Source of the DNA: Bacilli bacterium
GTDB lineage: Bacteria; Bacillota_I; Bacilli_A; RFN20; CAG-826
Reading direction: 5' to 3'
Length of the DNA: 48,771 bases
NCBI GenBank assembly: GCA_045597865.1
Contig: JAZLKX010000021.1
Coordinates: forward strand, 1 to 48,771
Shown here: positions 40,923 through 48,771 of the stretch, piece by piece
Position numbering within the stretch: position 1 is the stretch's first letter
Layout: every line of letters begins with the position of its first letter
Position numbers and translations under genes: made by a program
Notes under the pieces: model-generated
Database searches by the model: none
What the model saw: the letters and a program-made list of their open reading frames with translations, nothing else
Told to the model about the DNA's origin: nothing

Positions 40923-41007
40923 GGAGATGTGGCGAAACTGGCAGACGCGCTAGACTTAGGATCTAGTGGGGCAACCCGTGCAGGTTCAAGTCCTGTTATC
41001 TCCACCA
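40923..41007 (+). tRNA. tRNA-Leu(TAG)
   Basis: GGAGATG/TATCTCC acceptor stem, CTAGA-CTTAGGA-TCTAG anticodon arm, long variable arm GGG-GCAA-CCC, encoded CCA. Confidence 0.96.
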
Positions 41008-41020
41008 ATTAGAAAAAAAT

Positions 41021-41043
41021 GATTCTCTTAGAGAATCTTTTTT
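41021..41043 (+). terminator. Terminator after the tRNA cluster
   Basis: GATTCTC-TTA-GAGAATC-TTTTTT. Confidence 0.75.
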
Positions 41044-41135
41044 ATTTTTGTTTTGTGTACGTAAGCGCGTATTATATATTGAAAAATAAAATACAATGTA
41101 TTAACTTATAGGTAATCCGTTAGGAGGGCAAAATT

Positions 41136-42140
41136 ATGAAAAAGAATTTGATGAGTATATTAGTTGCAACCTTCTCCATGACTCTTTTATCAGGCTGTAC
41201 TTATGGTTCAGTTGATCCAGGAAAAATGGAAGATATTGTTGGAACTTACAAACTTACAGAAATAAAAAAGAAAGATGAAGAAGGCAACGATTACGATTAT
41301 AAGAAACAAATCGGTGCTGAAGCTTATTTCTCTATAAGAGAAGATGGCTATACCTATTATGCCTATAAAGATAATGATCATGGTTGGAAAGCGACAGAAA
41401 TGTTTGCATTATTCGAACCAAATGATGAAAAAGAAGGCTATTACGACACTATTACTATTACTGATGGAACAGGTTCTGTTAAAGAAAAGGATCGCGAAGC
41501 TGGATGTGGATTTGAAAAACTATTTATTAAAAATAGAAAAAAATCATTCTTCTGGCGTGTAACTTCTGATGTTTTTAATAAAGATGTTCCATATAAGTAT
41601 GTTGCTTACAAAAAAGTTTCTAAAGAAATTGGTGTAAGTGGACTCAATAATGCTTCAAAGCAATCATTCTCATTTGATAAACCATTTGAACTTGCAACAA
41701 TCTCAGGTTTATATGTCTTTAATGCTCAACAAGCATTTGAAGGAAGAACTGAAAATCCTGATTTAAATACATTTGATTATTGTATTTTAAATGCAGATAC
41801 ATATAGCTCAGGCAAAATGGAAATTACTTACGCTCTTCAATCTGATCACGTTAAAAAGACAACCCAAGCAACAATTTCTCCTGTTGCAGGTGCAAAAAGC
41901 GTTAAAAATGTTGAATTAAGTTTCTCAGTTGAAGTAGAAGGCCAAGCAAGACAATTTAGCTTACTAGCTAATAATGAGTTTATTGATGTATACAATCCTG
42001 TATTAGCCAATAACTTTATGTACACCTATTCAGATGTCGAAGGCGATGTTGAATTCCAAGCATACATTAATTCTTTCAATAAATATTTTGGTGAAGCAAA
42101 AACAGTTGATGAATTAATTGCTGAATTAACTGCAAAATAA
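41136..42140 (+). CDS. Hypothetical lipoprotein
   Basis: MKKNLMSILVATFSMTLLSG-C lipobox; SD AGGAGG; IVGTYKL near the N-terminus recalls lipocalin-like beta domains. Confidence 0.8.
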   Translation: MKKNLMSILVATFSMTLLSGCTYGSVDPGKMEDIVGTYKLTEIKKKDEEGNDYDYKKQIGAEAYFSIREDGYTYYAYKDNDHGWKATEMFALFEPNDEKEGYYDTITITDGTGSVKEKDREAGCGFEKLFIKNRKKSFFWRVTSDVFNKDVPYKYVAYKKVSKEIGVSGLNNASKQSFSFDKPFELATISGLYVFNAQQAFEGRTENPDLNTFDYCILNADTYSSGKMEITYALQSDHVKKTTQATISPVAGAKSVKNVELSFSVEVEGQARQFSLLANNEFIDVYNPVLANNFMYTYSDVEGDVEFQAYINSFNKYFGEAKTVDELIAELTAK

Positions 42141-42161
42141 TCAAAATCATTAAAACCTAAG

Positions 42162-42187
42162 AAGGAGACACTTTGTGTCTCTTTTTT
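42162..42187 (+). terminator. Intrinsic terminator
   Basis: GAGACAC-TTT-GTGTCTC-TTTTTT. Confidence 0.85.
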
Positions 42188-42289
42188 ATACAAAAAGTGG
42201 GAATAGACTTTAAATATTGATGGTATAATAGTAATGAAGAAGGTTTAGTTTTGGGGTAATTTACCCATTTTTATTCATAGGAGAAAAAT

Positions 42290-43057
42290 ATGAAAATTTT
42301 GAAAATTAAAAAAACTAAATCAAAAGTAATTCTAACTATAGATAACGAGAAAATAGAAATTTATCCCGCAACCTACGCTTCCTTTAATCTTTATTTAAAT
42401 AAAGTAATAGAAGAAGATGAATTAAGTAAAATTAAAGAAGAAAATAAAATCGAAGGTTATTTTATTTATGCCACTAAAAGATTAATGCTTGCTGCCTATT
42501 CTCCTAACAAAATAAAAGAATTTCTTTATAAGAAAGGCGCTAAAAAAGCAGAAATTAAAAAGGTTATAGAAAAAATAAGAAAATACGATTTTATTAATGA
42601 AGAAAAAATGGTTGAAGAAATTATCTCTTTTTGTGATTCAAAACATTATGGCTATCACAGAATTATAAAGATGCTGAATGAGAAGAAAATTTCTCCTAAA
42701 GTAATCTCTAAAGTTGAATACAATGCAAAAAGAGAAGAAAAACACTGTGTTTTTCAGATTAAATTACTAGAAATTCGTTATAAAAATAAAAACGCATTTA
42801 GCCGTAAAAAAGCTATGTTTTCTTCACTTGTTCGATATGGATTTGATGAGTCACTTTCGTTAGAGTTAGTTAACAAATGTTCTAACTCTAATCACACACA
42901 TGAGATAAATGTGTTAAAATTAGATTACGACAAATGCTTTTTGAAATACTCCAGAAAGTACGTCGGATTTGAGTTAAACCAGAAGATAACTAACTGTTTA
43001 CTTAGTAAAGGTTATCGAATTAACGACATTAATTACGTAAAGGAGAATAGAAAATGA
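42290..43057 (+). CDS. recX: RecX family regulatory protein (long Firmicutes type, divergent)
   Basis: MKILKIKK start; repeated helical units FLYKKG, YGYHRIIKMLNEKKI, LVRYGF, LLSKGY. Confidence 0.7.
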   Translation: MKILKIKKTKSKVILTIDNEKIEIYPATYASFNLYLNKVIEEDELSKIKEENKIEGYFIYATKRLMLAAYSPNKIKEFLYKKGAKKAEIKKVIEKIRKYDFINEEKMVEEIISFCDSKHYGYHRIIKMLNEKKISPKVISKVEYNAKREEKHCVFQIKLLEIRYKNKNAFSRKKAMFSSLVRYGFDESLSLELVNKCSNSNHTHEINVLKLDYDKCFLKYSRKYVGFELNQKITNCLLSKGYRINDINYVKENRK

Positions 43058-43998
43058 AATGGATAAAAGATTTAGCAGATGGTGATCATATTGTTGGTCA
43101 ACTTTTAGTCTGTAGCTCAGCTAAAGGAACAACTGATAAAGGTCTCAACTACATAAATGTAACATTCCAAGATAAAACAGGCACAATCGAAGGTAAAAAG
43201 TGGGATGCAAGCGACAATGATCTTCGCATAATGGCACCAGGATGTGTTGTCATGGTTGATGGAATTGTAAATTTATATAAAGGACAACCTCAATTAAAAG
43301 TTGTTGCTGCAGGTAGAATCGATGACCCAGAGGAAATTGATATGTCTAACTTTGCAAGAGTTTCGCCTATTCCTTTAGAAGAAATGAAGGCTAAATTAGA
43401 TAAATATCTAAATAGTTTCACTGATAAAGATGTTGAAAAGATTACTAAAGCTGTAATTGCTCACTTCTACGACAAATACATTACTTATCCAGGGGCTGTA
43501 AAGGTTCACCATGAATTTGGTTCAGGAATCTTACATCACTCATTATTTATGGCTGATGTTGCAGATGCAGTTGCTCATATTTACACCCAAGTAGATAGAG
43601 ACATCCTTGTCGCAGGAGCATTAATGCACGACATTGGTAAAACAATTGAATACGAAAATCCAATTGCACCTGTGCAAACTACCGAAGGTAAGCTTGTTGG
43701 TCACATTGCCGCAGGTTATGCTGAAGTAAAAAGAGTTATTGATGAACTAGGAATCACATCAGAAGTCCCATTACTTCTCGAACATATGATTCTTGCTCAC
43801 CATGGAACACTTGAATTTGGTTCACCAGTCATGCCTTCTACAAGAGAAGCTTTGCTTCTTGCAGAAATTGATATGATGGATTCACGTCAAATGATTTTAG
43901 ATAAAGCTCTAGCAACTGTAAATGAAGGTGAATTTACTCCAAGACTTTGGATGATGGATGATACTTCATTCTATAAACCAAAAAATAGAAATAAATAA
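43054..43998 (+). CDS. yhaM: 3'-5' exoribonuclease YhaM family (OB fold + HD domain)
   Basis: QDKTGTIEGKKWD, HHEFGSGILHHS, MHDIGK, GKLVGHI, HMILAHHGTLEFGSP. Confidence 0.93.
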   Translation: MKWIKDLADGDHIVGQLLVCSSAKGTTDKGLNYINVTFQDKTGTIEGKKWDASDNDLRIMAPGCVVMVDGIVNLYKGQPQLKVVAAGRIDDPEEIDMSNFARVSPIPLEEMKAKLDKYLNSFTDKDVEKITKAVIAHFYDKYITYPGAVKVHHEFGSGILHHSLFMADVADAVAHIYTQVDRDILVAGALMHDIGKTIEYENPIAPVQTTEGKLVGHIAAGYAEVKRVIDELGITSEVPLLLEHMILAHHGTLEFGSPVMPSTREALLLAEIDMMDSRQMILDKALATVNEGEFTPRLWMMDDTSFYKPKNRNK

Positions 43999-44000
43999 GT

Positions 44001-44034
44001 AAAAAAAGCGAAGATTGTTAAGGTCTTCGCTTTT
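44001..44034. terminator. Bidirectional terminator between yhaM and hinT
   Basis: AAAAAAAGCGAAGATT...GGTCTTCGCTTTT. Confidence 0.85.
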
Positions 44035-44042
44035 ATTATGCT

Positions 44043-44465
44043 TTAGATAGCTTTTTTAATTTTGTCTGCAAGCACTGGAAGAGATAATTCTTCAAGCTTG
44101 TCGTTTTCTTTCATCTCAATTTTGAATCCGTCATCTGCGATATAACGTGGAATAACGTGCACGTGGAAGTGATAAACGCTTTGGCCTGCTTCTTTATTAA
44201 CATTTGTTAATATGTTGACTCCTTTGGCCCCTAAAATGCTAATTTGGGCCTGTCCTATACGTTGAGCAACATCCATAACCTTATGCATTATGTCTTTTTC
44301 TGCAGTTAGGAAGTTTTGAGTATGTTTTTTAGGAATTACTAAAGTATGTCCTTGAGTTACTTGTGAGATGTCTAGGAATGCTATAACATCATCATCTTCA
44401 TAGACAACATTGCTTGGAACAATTCCTTGAGCTATTTTACAAAATATACAATCTTTGTCGTACAT
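44043..44465 (-). CDS. hinT: HIT family nucleotide hydrolase
   Basis: DCIFCKI, GHTLVIPKKH, AGQSVYHFHVHVIPR; ATG 44465 after GGAGA. Confidence 0.95.
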   Translation of the reverse strand: MYDKDCIFCKIAQGIVPSNVVYEDDDVIAFLDISQVTQGHTLVIPKKHTQNFLTAEKDIMHKVMDVAQRIGQAQISILGAKGVNILTNVNKEAGQSVYHFHVHVIPRYIADDGFKIEMKENDKLEELSLPVLADKIKKAI

Positions 44466-44475
44466 ATATTTCTCC

Positions 44476-44505
44476 AAAAATAAAGGGAGACCGGAAAGCC
44501 CCCCT
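44476..44505 (-). terminator. Terminator-like hairpin between the lipoprotein pair and hinT
   Basis: Minus strand AGGGGGGC-TTTCCG-GTCTCCCT-TTATTTTT, immediately before the hinT SD. Confidence 0.6.
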
Positions 44506-44515
44506 AAAAGTTTAA

Positions 44516-46429
44516 TTATTCTTCGTCTTCAAATAAATCTGGATATTCACTCTTGAAGTGTTCATAGAGTGATGTTTCATAGAATACGAATTCATATTTC
44601 TTAAGAATTTCTGTGTAAGCATCCTTAATGTATGAGTCCTTAGTTCCTAAGACTTTAGCAACTGCTCTTGAGACGTCTTCGGTTTTGAAGACATCGTCTT
44701 TAGTTTCTGCAAGCTTACTGTATGAAGATTCAGAACTTAAAGTTAATTTAGCAGTTGATGGAGCTTCTTCAACTAAGACAATGTAGAATGCGTGTCCGCT
44801 AGTATCATTGTAAATGAAGTTGTATTCATTGTCTTTGAATGCGAGTGATTTTGCTGGAATAACGAATTTGTTTCCATTGATGTTTCTCATGTATGGAATT
44901 CTCTTCACAGCTTTTCCATCATCGTCTTTTTCGTATGCACCTAATGAATAGTGTTTAACACCATCAACTTCGACTGGATCTGCTCCAGGAGCAAGAGTAC
45001 CATCTTCATATTTTAATGAACCATTGTCGAGAGTGTTTGCAACGTTAATGTTGAATAAACGATCTCTGATTCCTGATGGAAGTTCACTTAATCCGCCATT
45101 TTTGACATACCAACCATCGGTTGTGTAGTCTTCTTTGGCAAGAGAAATAAGTTTGTCTCTTAAGCCATGAACTTTGGATTTTGCACTTGAAGTGAACTTG
45201 TCTAATTCAGCTTTTTCTTCTGGAAGTGGGAATCTACCAGATAATTCAGCTCTAATAGCTTTCTCATAGGAAACAAGAAGTTCACCTAATTTAGTGTCTT
45301 TATAGTATTTGCCTGGTCTAACAAGTGTAACGCCATCGAGTTTATAGTGTGATTCATGTGAAGCATCAATAGTAATTGAGTTTTTATCGTTGTAATCACC
45401 TAATGTTGCTTTAAGAAGATCAAGAGCGGCCTTGCCATCTTCTTCACAAGCATCATCTGCAAAGTCAATGATGCCTTTGCCTTCTGAAGCGAATGTACCA
45501 ACAGTGTCATAACCTTTAATTGCTTTTGAAATAATGTCAAAATGAACTTTTCCATCAGAAGTAACACTTGTGATCTGCGAATCAGCAAAGCTCTTTAAAA
45601 GTGACCATTCTTTTGTGTCATCATTCTCATCATAAGCAACTTTGATGTAGTTGACTTTACGTGCATAAGCACGACCGAGTGATTCGGAATTGTTATTGAA
45701 AACATATTCTTCAACGAGTTTGTCCTTAAGAATTTGTGGATAAACTTTTTCTTCGATGTAACCACGTTTTTCAGTATCTGGGTTGCTATAGAGATCATTT
45801 AACATGTCTAAAGCATTTTCTTTTGTGACTTTGTCAGTTACAAAGAATTTTGCCCATTTACCACCATCTGGTAAATCAAGGACATCATAGAATTCATAGT
45901 AGTGAGCCCACCAAAGTTTTGATTCATCGAATCTTCCTTCGTCGTCATTATATGAACCAGATGTAATTTCGTTATAGAAGAATTCACTAATTCTATTTTT
46001 GATATCTTTGTAGAATTCTTCGAAACGGTGAAGTCTTACTTCATTTTCTGTCTTGCCTTCAATGTCAGCATCGCCATCACGATAGAAAACATCTTGATGT
46101 TCTGACATAAGAGCAAGAGCTAAGGTGTCGTCTCCGCCAATATGTGCTTCATAAGCTTCTTTAACTTTGCTATATGAACCAAATTTGCCGTTAGCGACTT
46201 CTTCTAGAAGGTTGGAAACAATTGTTGTGTTTCTGTCTGTTGCGACAGCATCATAAATCTTTCCAACTTTGTTTTCATCATCAACAATGCCGTTGCCATC
46301 TTTGTCTAAAACAATTGGGTCGTCATAGTTACTTGGAACAGCTGAGATAGGATCACATGCTGCGAGGATGAATGCGGCTGAGAGTGCGCAAACACCTGCA
46401 AATAATCTTTTAGATATGTTCTTTTCCAT
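44516..46429 (-). CDS. Large lipoprotein (637 aa), possible degenerate PrsA/parvulin-like protein
   Basis: MEKNISKRLFAGVCALSAAFILAA-C lipobox; SD GGAAGGAG; weak parvulin-like segments RKVNYIKV, LSELPSGIRDRLF and GHAFYIVLVEE. Confidence 0.8.
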   Translation of the reverse strand: MEKNISKRLFAGVCALSAAFILAACDPISAVPSNYDDPIVLDKDGNGIVDDENKVGKIYDAVATDRNTTIVSNLLEEVANGKFGSYSKVKEAYEAHIGGDDTLALALMSEHQDVFYRDGDADIEGKTENEVRLHRFEEFYKDIKNRISEFFYNEITSGSYNDDEGRFDESKLWWAHYYEFYDVLDLPDGGKWAKFFVTDKVTKENALDMLNDLYSNPDTEKRGYIEEKVYPQILKDKLVEEYVFNNNSESLGRAYARKVNYIKVAYDENDDTKEWSLLKSFADSQITSVTSDGKVHFDIISKAIKGYDTVGTFASEGKGIIDFADDACEEDGKAALDLLKATLGDYNDKNSITIDASHESHYKLDGVTLVRPGKYYKDTKLGELLVSYEKAIRAELSGRFPLPEEKAELDKFTSSAKSKVHGLRDKLISLAKEDYTTDGWYVKNGGLSELPSGIRDRLFNINVANTLDNGSLKYEDGTLAPGADPVEVDGVKHYSLGAYEKDDDGKAVKRIPYMRNINGNKFVIPAKSLAFKDNEYNFIYNDTSGHAFYIVLVEEAPSTAKLTLSSESSYSKLAETKDDVFKTEDVSRAVAKVLGTKDSYIKDAYTEILKKYEFVFYETSLYEHFKSEYPDLFEDEE

Positions 46430-48500
46430 CGTTGCAAAGTGCTCCTTCCTTTTTAAATAAGACTGAGAGTAAATCAGTGTCTTTAATTGCATCTTCTTTG
46501 GTTAACGAACCAATTCTAATGCTCTTAATGTATGCTTTAGCAGCTTCTTTTTCAAATTTAACACCAGTATTTGGATCAATTTCGTTTGCATCAACCATTG
46601 CTTGTGCTAATTTATCAAGCATTGCACCAACTCTAACATCATCTCTCTTATCGTCTAATCCGTTACCGTTAATAAATGCGATACGGCAAGCATCAGAGAC
46701 TAATTTACCACGCTCTTCGTTTTGTTTTTCAAGAGTGTTGATATATTCGTTCCATGTCTTGACCCAGTTTTCTTCTTTTTCTTGTTCTTTCTTTTCAAGG
46801 CCTCTGCCAATCCACATATCGAGAACGTCTTTGAGAGAATCGTTTTCGATTTTGATGCCTTCTTTTTCAAAGAATAACTTGAAGATGTATCTATTAAGTC
46901 TTTCTGTATCGTAAGATTTGAACTTGCTGATTAAGCTGTCAGCTCTGTCTTTTTGATCTTTGGTTTGAGTATTTGTATTAAAGTTAACGTATGTTGCTTT
47001 AGGATTTCCGCTTGCATCAAGTGGATATGCAGCTTGTACTGGATAATAAGTTGTATAGTATTCATCTAATGAAACATTTTCGTTTTCTTCGAAAGCTGAA
47101 CGATTAACAACGATAAAGTGAATACCTTGATAATCTGAACCAGCACGAACACAAAGTATTGGTGTCCATTCTCCAGAATCTGTTTTAACGCTTAATACAT
47201 TCTTTGATTCACCAGCGATATCCATTTTAATAAAGCCAGTACTTTTTGTTGCCTTTTCGGCATCAGTTAAGACAAGCTCGTCTTTCTTTGGATCTGTTTC
47301 TTTAACTGTAATAAGTGCGATTGAGTGTCTGTTTAAGAACTTGTTATAAATAATATTTCTTGGGAAGAAATTAGCCGAACCATCAATAACAGGTTTACCG
47401 TTTGCGTCTTTGTCGACGTCTTTTACATCATATAAATCTTGGAACACATTGTAATCAATTTCAGGAATTGTTTCGCCGAATGCTTTTTTAGAAGCATTTA
47501 AGAAATTTTCTGAAATAGAACCTACTTCAGGTGTGAGTGTACCGTCGTTTCCTGGAATACCAATGTTAGATTCACGAACTGCATCTTTGTTTGCGCTAAA
47601 GAAGTTTTCATAGGCATAAACACCTAATTTAAATTCGTTAACATAACCTGTTGTGTATTCAAGAATATCAAGGTTACCGTAATCTGCGCCTGAACCAGTA
47701 TCTCCAGAGAAACGTTGTGCAATAGTATAAAAACTATCTTTATTGTCTTTTCTAGATAATTCGTTAACTAAATTGTAAAGTTTTTCTGCGTTTTGTTCAG
47801 AAATAGTTCCGTTTGAATAGTTTGTACCTGAACCATCTTCTACATTAATAAGAATATGTGATACATGGTAAGGAACCATATCTTTGAAATAGCCGTTCCA
47901 AAGTTGTTTATCACCATCATATTTGACTTCAGAATTACCATTCTTAATGTCATTCATGTGATAAGTATAGAAATTGTCATCAAAGAATTCTTTTTTAATC
48001 TCTTCAATGTATTTCTCTCTTAATTCTTTTTCATTTTCAACGCCTTTGCTTGAGAGAATTGAGTTGAATTCATCTGCATACTTAGTATTGTTGTTTTCTG
48101 CAGCTTCTTGTGCATCTTCCTTATCGGAACTTACACGAAAATTAGCTTCTTTCTCAATTTCTGGCATTTGATCTTTGCCAAGATTTTTTGGTGTCTTTTT
48201 AATATTTCCATATTTGTCCTTTGAAATAACATCAACTGTTTCAATATTAGTTTCGAAATAGTTGCGGACAACGATGGAGTTGATTGCATCAAAAATTGAT
48301 TGGAATTTTGATGAATCTTTGTAATAATCTTCCAACAAATCATCGGCTTTGATTACTGTTGGGTCATTATCACTTTCTTTAATTTTATAGGTAATGATTT
48401 TGCCATCGCTTGCATACTTAACGGTGTTGTCACAACCAGCAAGAGCGCCAGTAGTAAGTATTGCAGTCATCAAGCCAATGGCTAATTTAGATTTCTTCAT
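46410..48500 (-). CDS. Large lipoprotein (696 aa) with a PrsA-like parvulin PPIase domain
   Basis: MKKSKLAIGLMTAILTTGALAG-C lipobox; SD AAGGAGG; YHVSHILI, FYTIAQRFSGDTGSGADYGNL, YVNEF and YQGIHFIVV parvulin motifs. Confidence 0.85.
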   Translation of the reverse strand: MKKSKLAIGLMTAILTTGALAGCDNTVKYASDGKIITYKIKESDNDPTVIKADDLLEDYYKDSSKFQSIFDAINSIVVRNYFETNIETVDVISKDKYGNIKKTPKNLGKDQMPEIEKEANFRVSSDKEDAQEAAENNNTKYADEFNSILSSKGVENEKELREKYIEEIKKEFFDDNFYTYHMNDIKNGNSEVKYDGDKQLWNGYFKDMVPYHVSHILINVEDGSGTNYSNGTISEQNAEKLYNLVNELSRKDNKDSFYTIAQRFSGDTGSGADYGNLDILEYTTGYVNEFKLGVYAYENFFSANKDAVRESNIGIPGNDGTLTPEVGSISENFLNASKKAFGETIPEIDYNVFQDLYDVKDVDKDANGKPVIDGSANFFPRNIIYNKFLNRHSIALITVKETDPKKDELVLTDAEKATKSTGFIKMDIAGESKNVLSVKTDSGEWTPILCVRAGSDYQGIHFIVVNRSAFEENENVSLDEYYTTYYPVQAAYPLDASGNPKATYVNFNTNTQTKDQKDRADSLISKFKSYDTERLNRYIFKLFFEKEGIKIENDSLKDVLDMWIGRGLEKKEQEKEENWVKTWNEYINTLEKQNEERGKLVSDACRIAFINGNGLDDKRDDVRVGAMLDKLAQAMVDANEIDPNTGVKFEKEAAKAYIKSIRIGSLTKEDAIKDTDLLSVLFKKEGALCNDGKEHI

Positions 48501-48537
48501 ATGACCTACATGCCTCCTTTTCGAACATAGCGAGGGT

Positions 48538-48566
48538 ATTATATACATTTAATTGTATAAATACAA
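48538..48566 (-). promoter_or_regulatory. Promoter of the lipoprotein-lipoprotein-hinT unit
   Basis: Minus strand TTGTAT-17 nt-TATAAT. Confidence 0.7.
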
Positions 48567-48725
48567 CAAACTTTTTTATGAAAGTTAATAAACAAGTTTA
48601 TTTTTTAAATATTTTCGAATTTACAGCAAAAATCATAGATTTTTGAAATATTTTTTATCATTTCATTTGCTAACCTATTTTTTCTTATATAAAATATTTG
48701 CGGTTTAAAAGGGAGAAAAGTACCT

Positions 48726-48771
48726 ATGTCAAAGCTTAAAATTGAAAACTTACATGTAGCAGTAAAAGATA
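48726..48771 (+). CDS. Start of a probable ABC ATPase, possibly Fe-S cluster assembly ATPase SufC (3'-truncated)
   Basis: MSKLKIENLHVAVKD matches SufC-type N-termini; SD GGGAG; only 15 codons visible. Confidence 0.5.
   Translation, partial: MSKLKIENLHVAVKD

Noticed and set aside
40923-42187. tRNA-Leu as an integration site for the downstream lipoprotein gene
   Set aside because: No duplicated tRNA 3' end and no integrase seen.
42234-42248. Mini-ORF MKKV* in the recX leader
   Set aside because: Four codons, no SD, and it starts only 4 nt after the -10 box; likely chance.

Overview
AT-rich bacterial chromosome segment using the standard genetic code (Trp = TGG; TGA is a stop in queT, ecfA2 and ecfT). 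Gene content suggests a genome-reduced Bacilli lineage near Erysipelotrichales/RF39/RFN20/Mollicutes (inference from no rpmD, a lemA locus and hinT next to large lipoproteins). In order it holds: the 3' part of pepC (with an in-frame stop), gpmA, a lipoprotein, a MazG-like gene and prs; a queuosine salvage cluster (preQ1-riboswitch-like pseudoknot, queT, flavin-reductase-like gene, tgt, queA, queH); the S10-spc-alpha ribosomal superoperon; a ~12.6 kb block between rplQ and ecfA (lemA locus, preTA, gdhA-DUF1015-serC-serA, arcC, dCMP deaminase); ecfAA'T-truA-yebC-rplM-rpsI; four tRNAs (Ile-GAT, Val-CAC, Thr-TGT, Leu-TAG); a lipoprotein, recX-like and yhaM; and on the minus strand two very large lipoproteins upstream of hinT. 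No mobile elements or CRISPR arrays were seen. The best candidates for new biology are: (1) the paired giant lipoproteins with split parvulin motifs, a possible heterodimeric PrsA-like foldase linked to HinT; (2) five ribosomal proteins (L3, L22, S17, L5, S5) with 60-95 aa low-complexity tails, some sharing DNA modules; (3) a flavin-reductase-like gene inside the queH-type Q-salvage operon; and (4) DUF1015 in the SerB slot of a gdhA-serC-serA operon.
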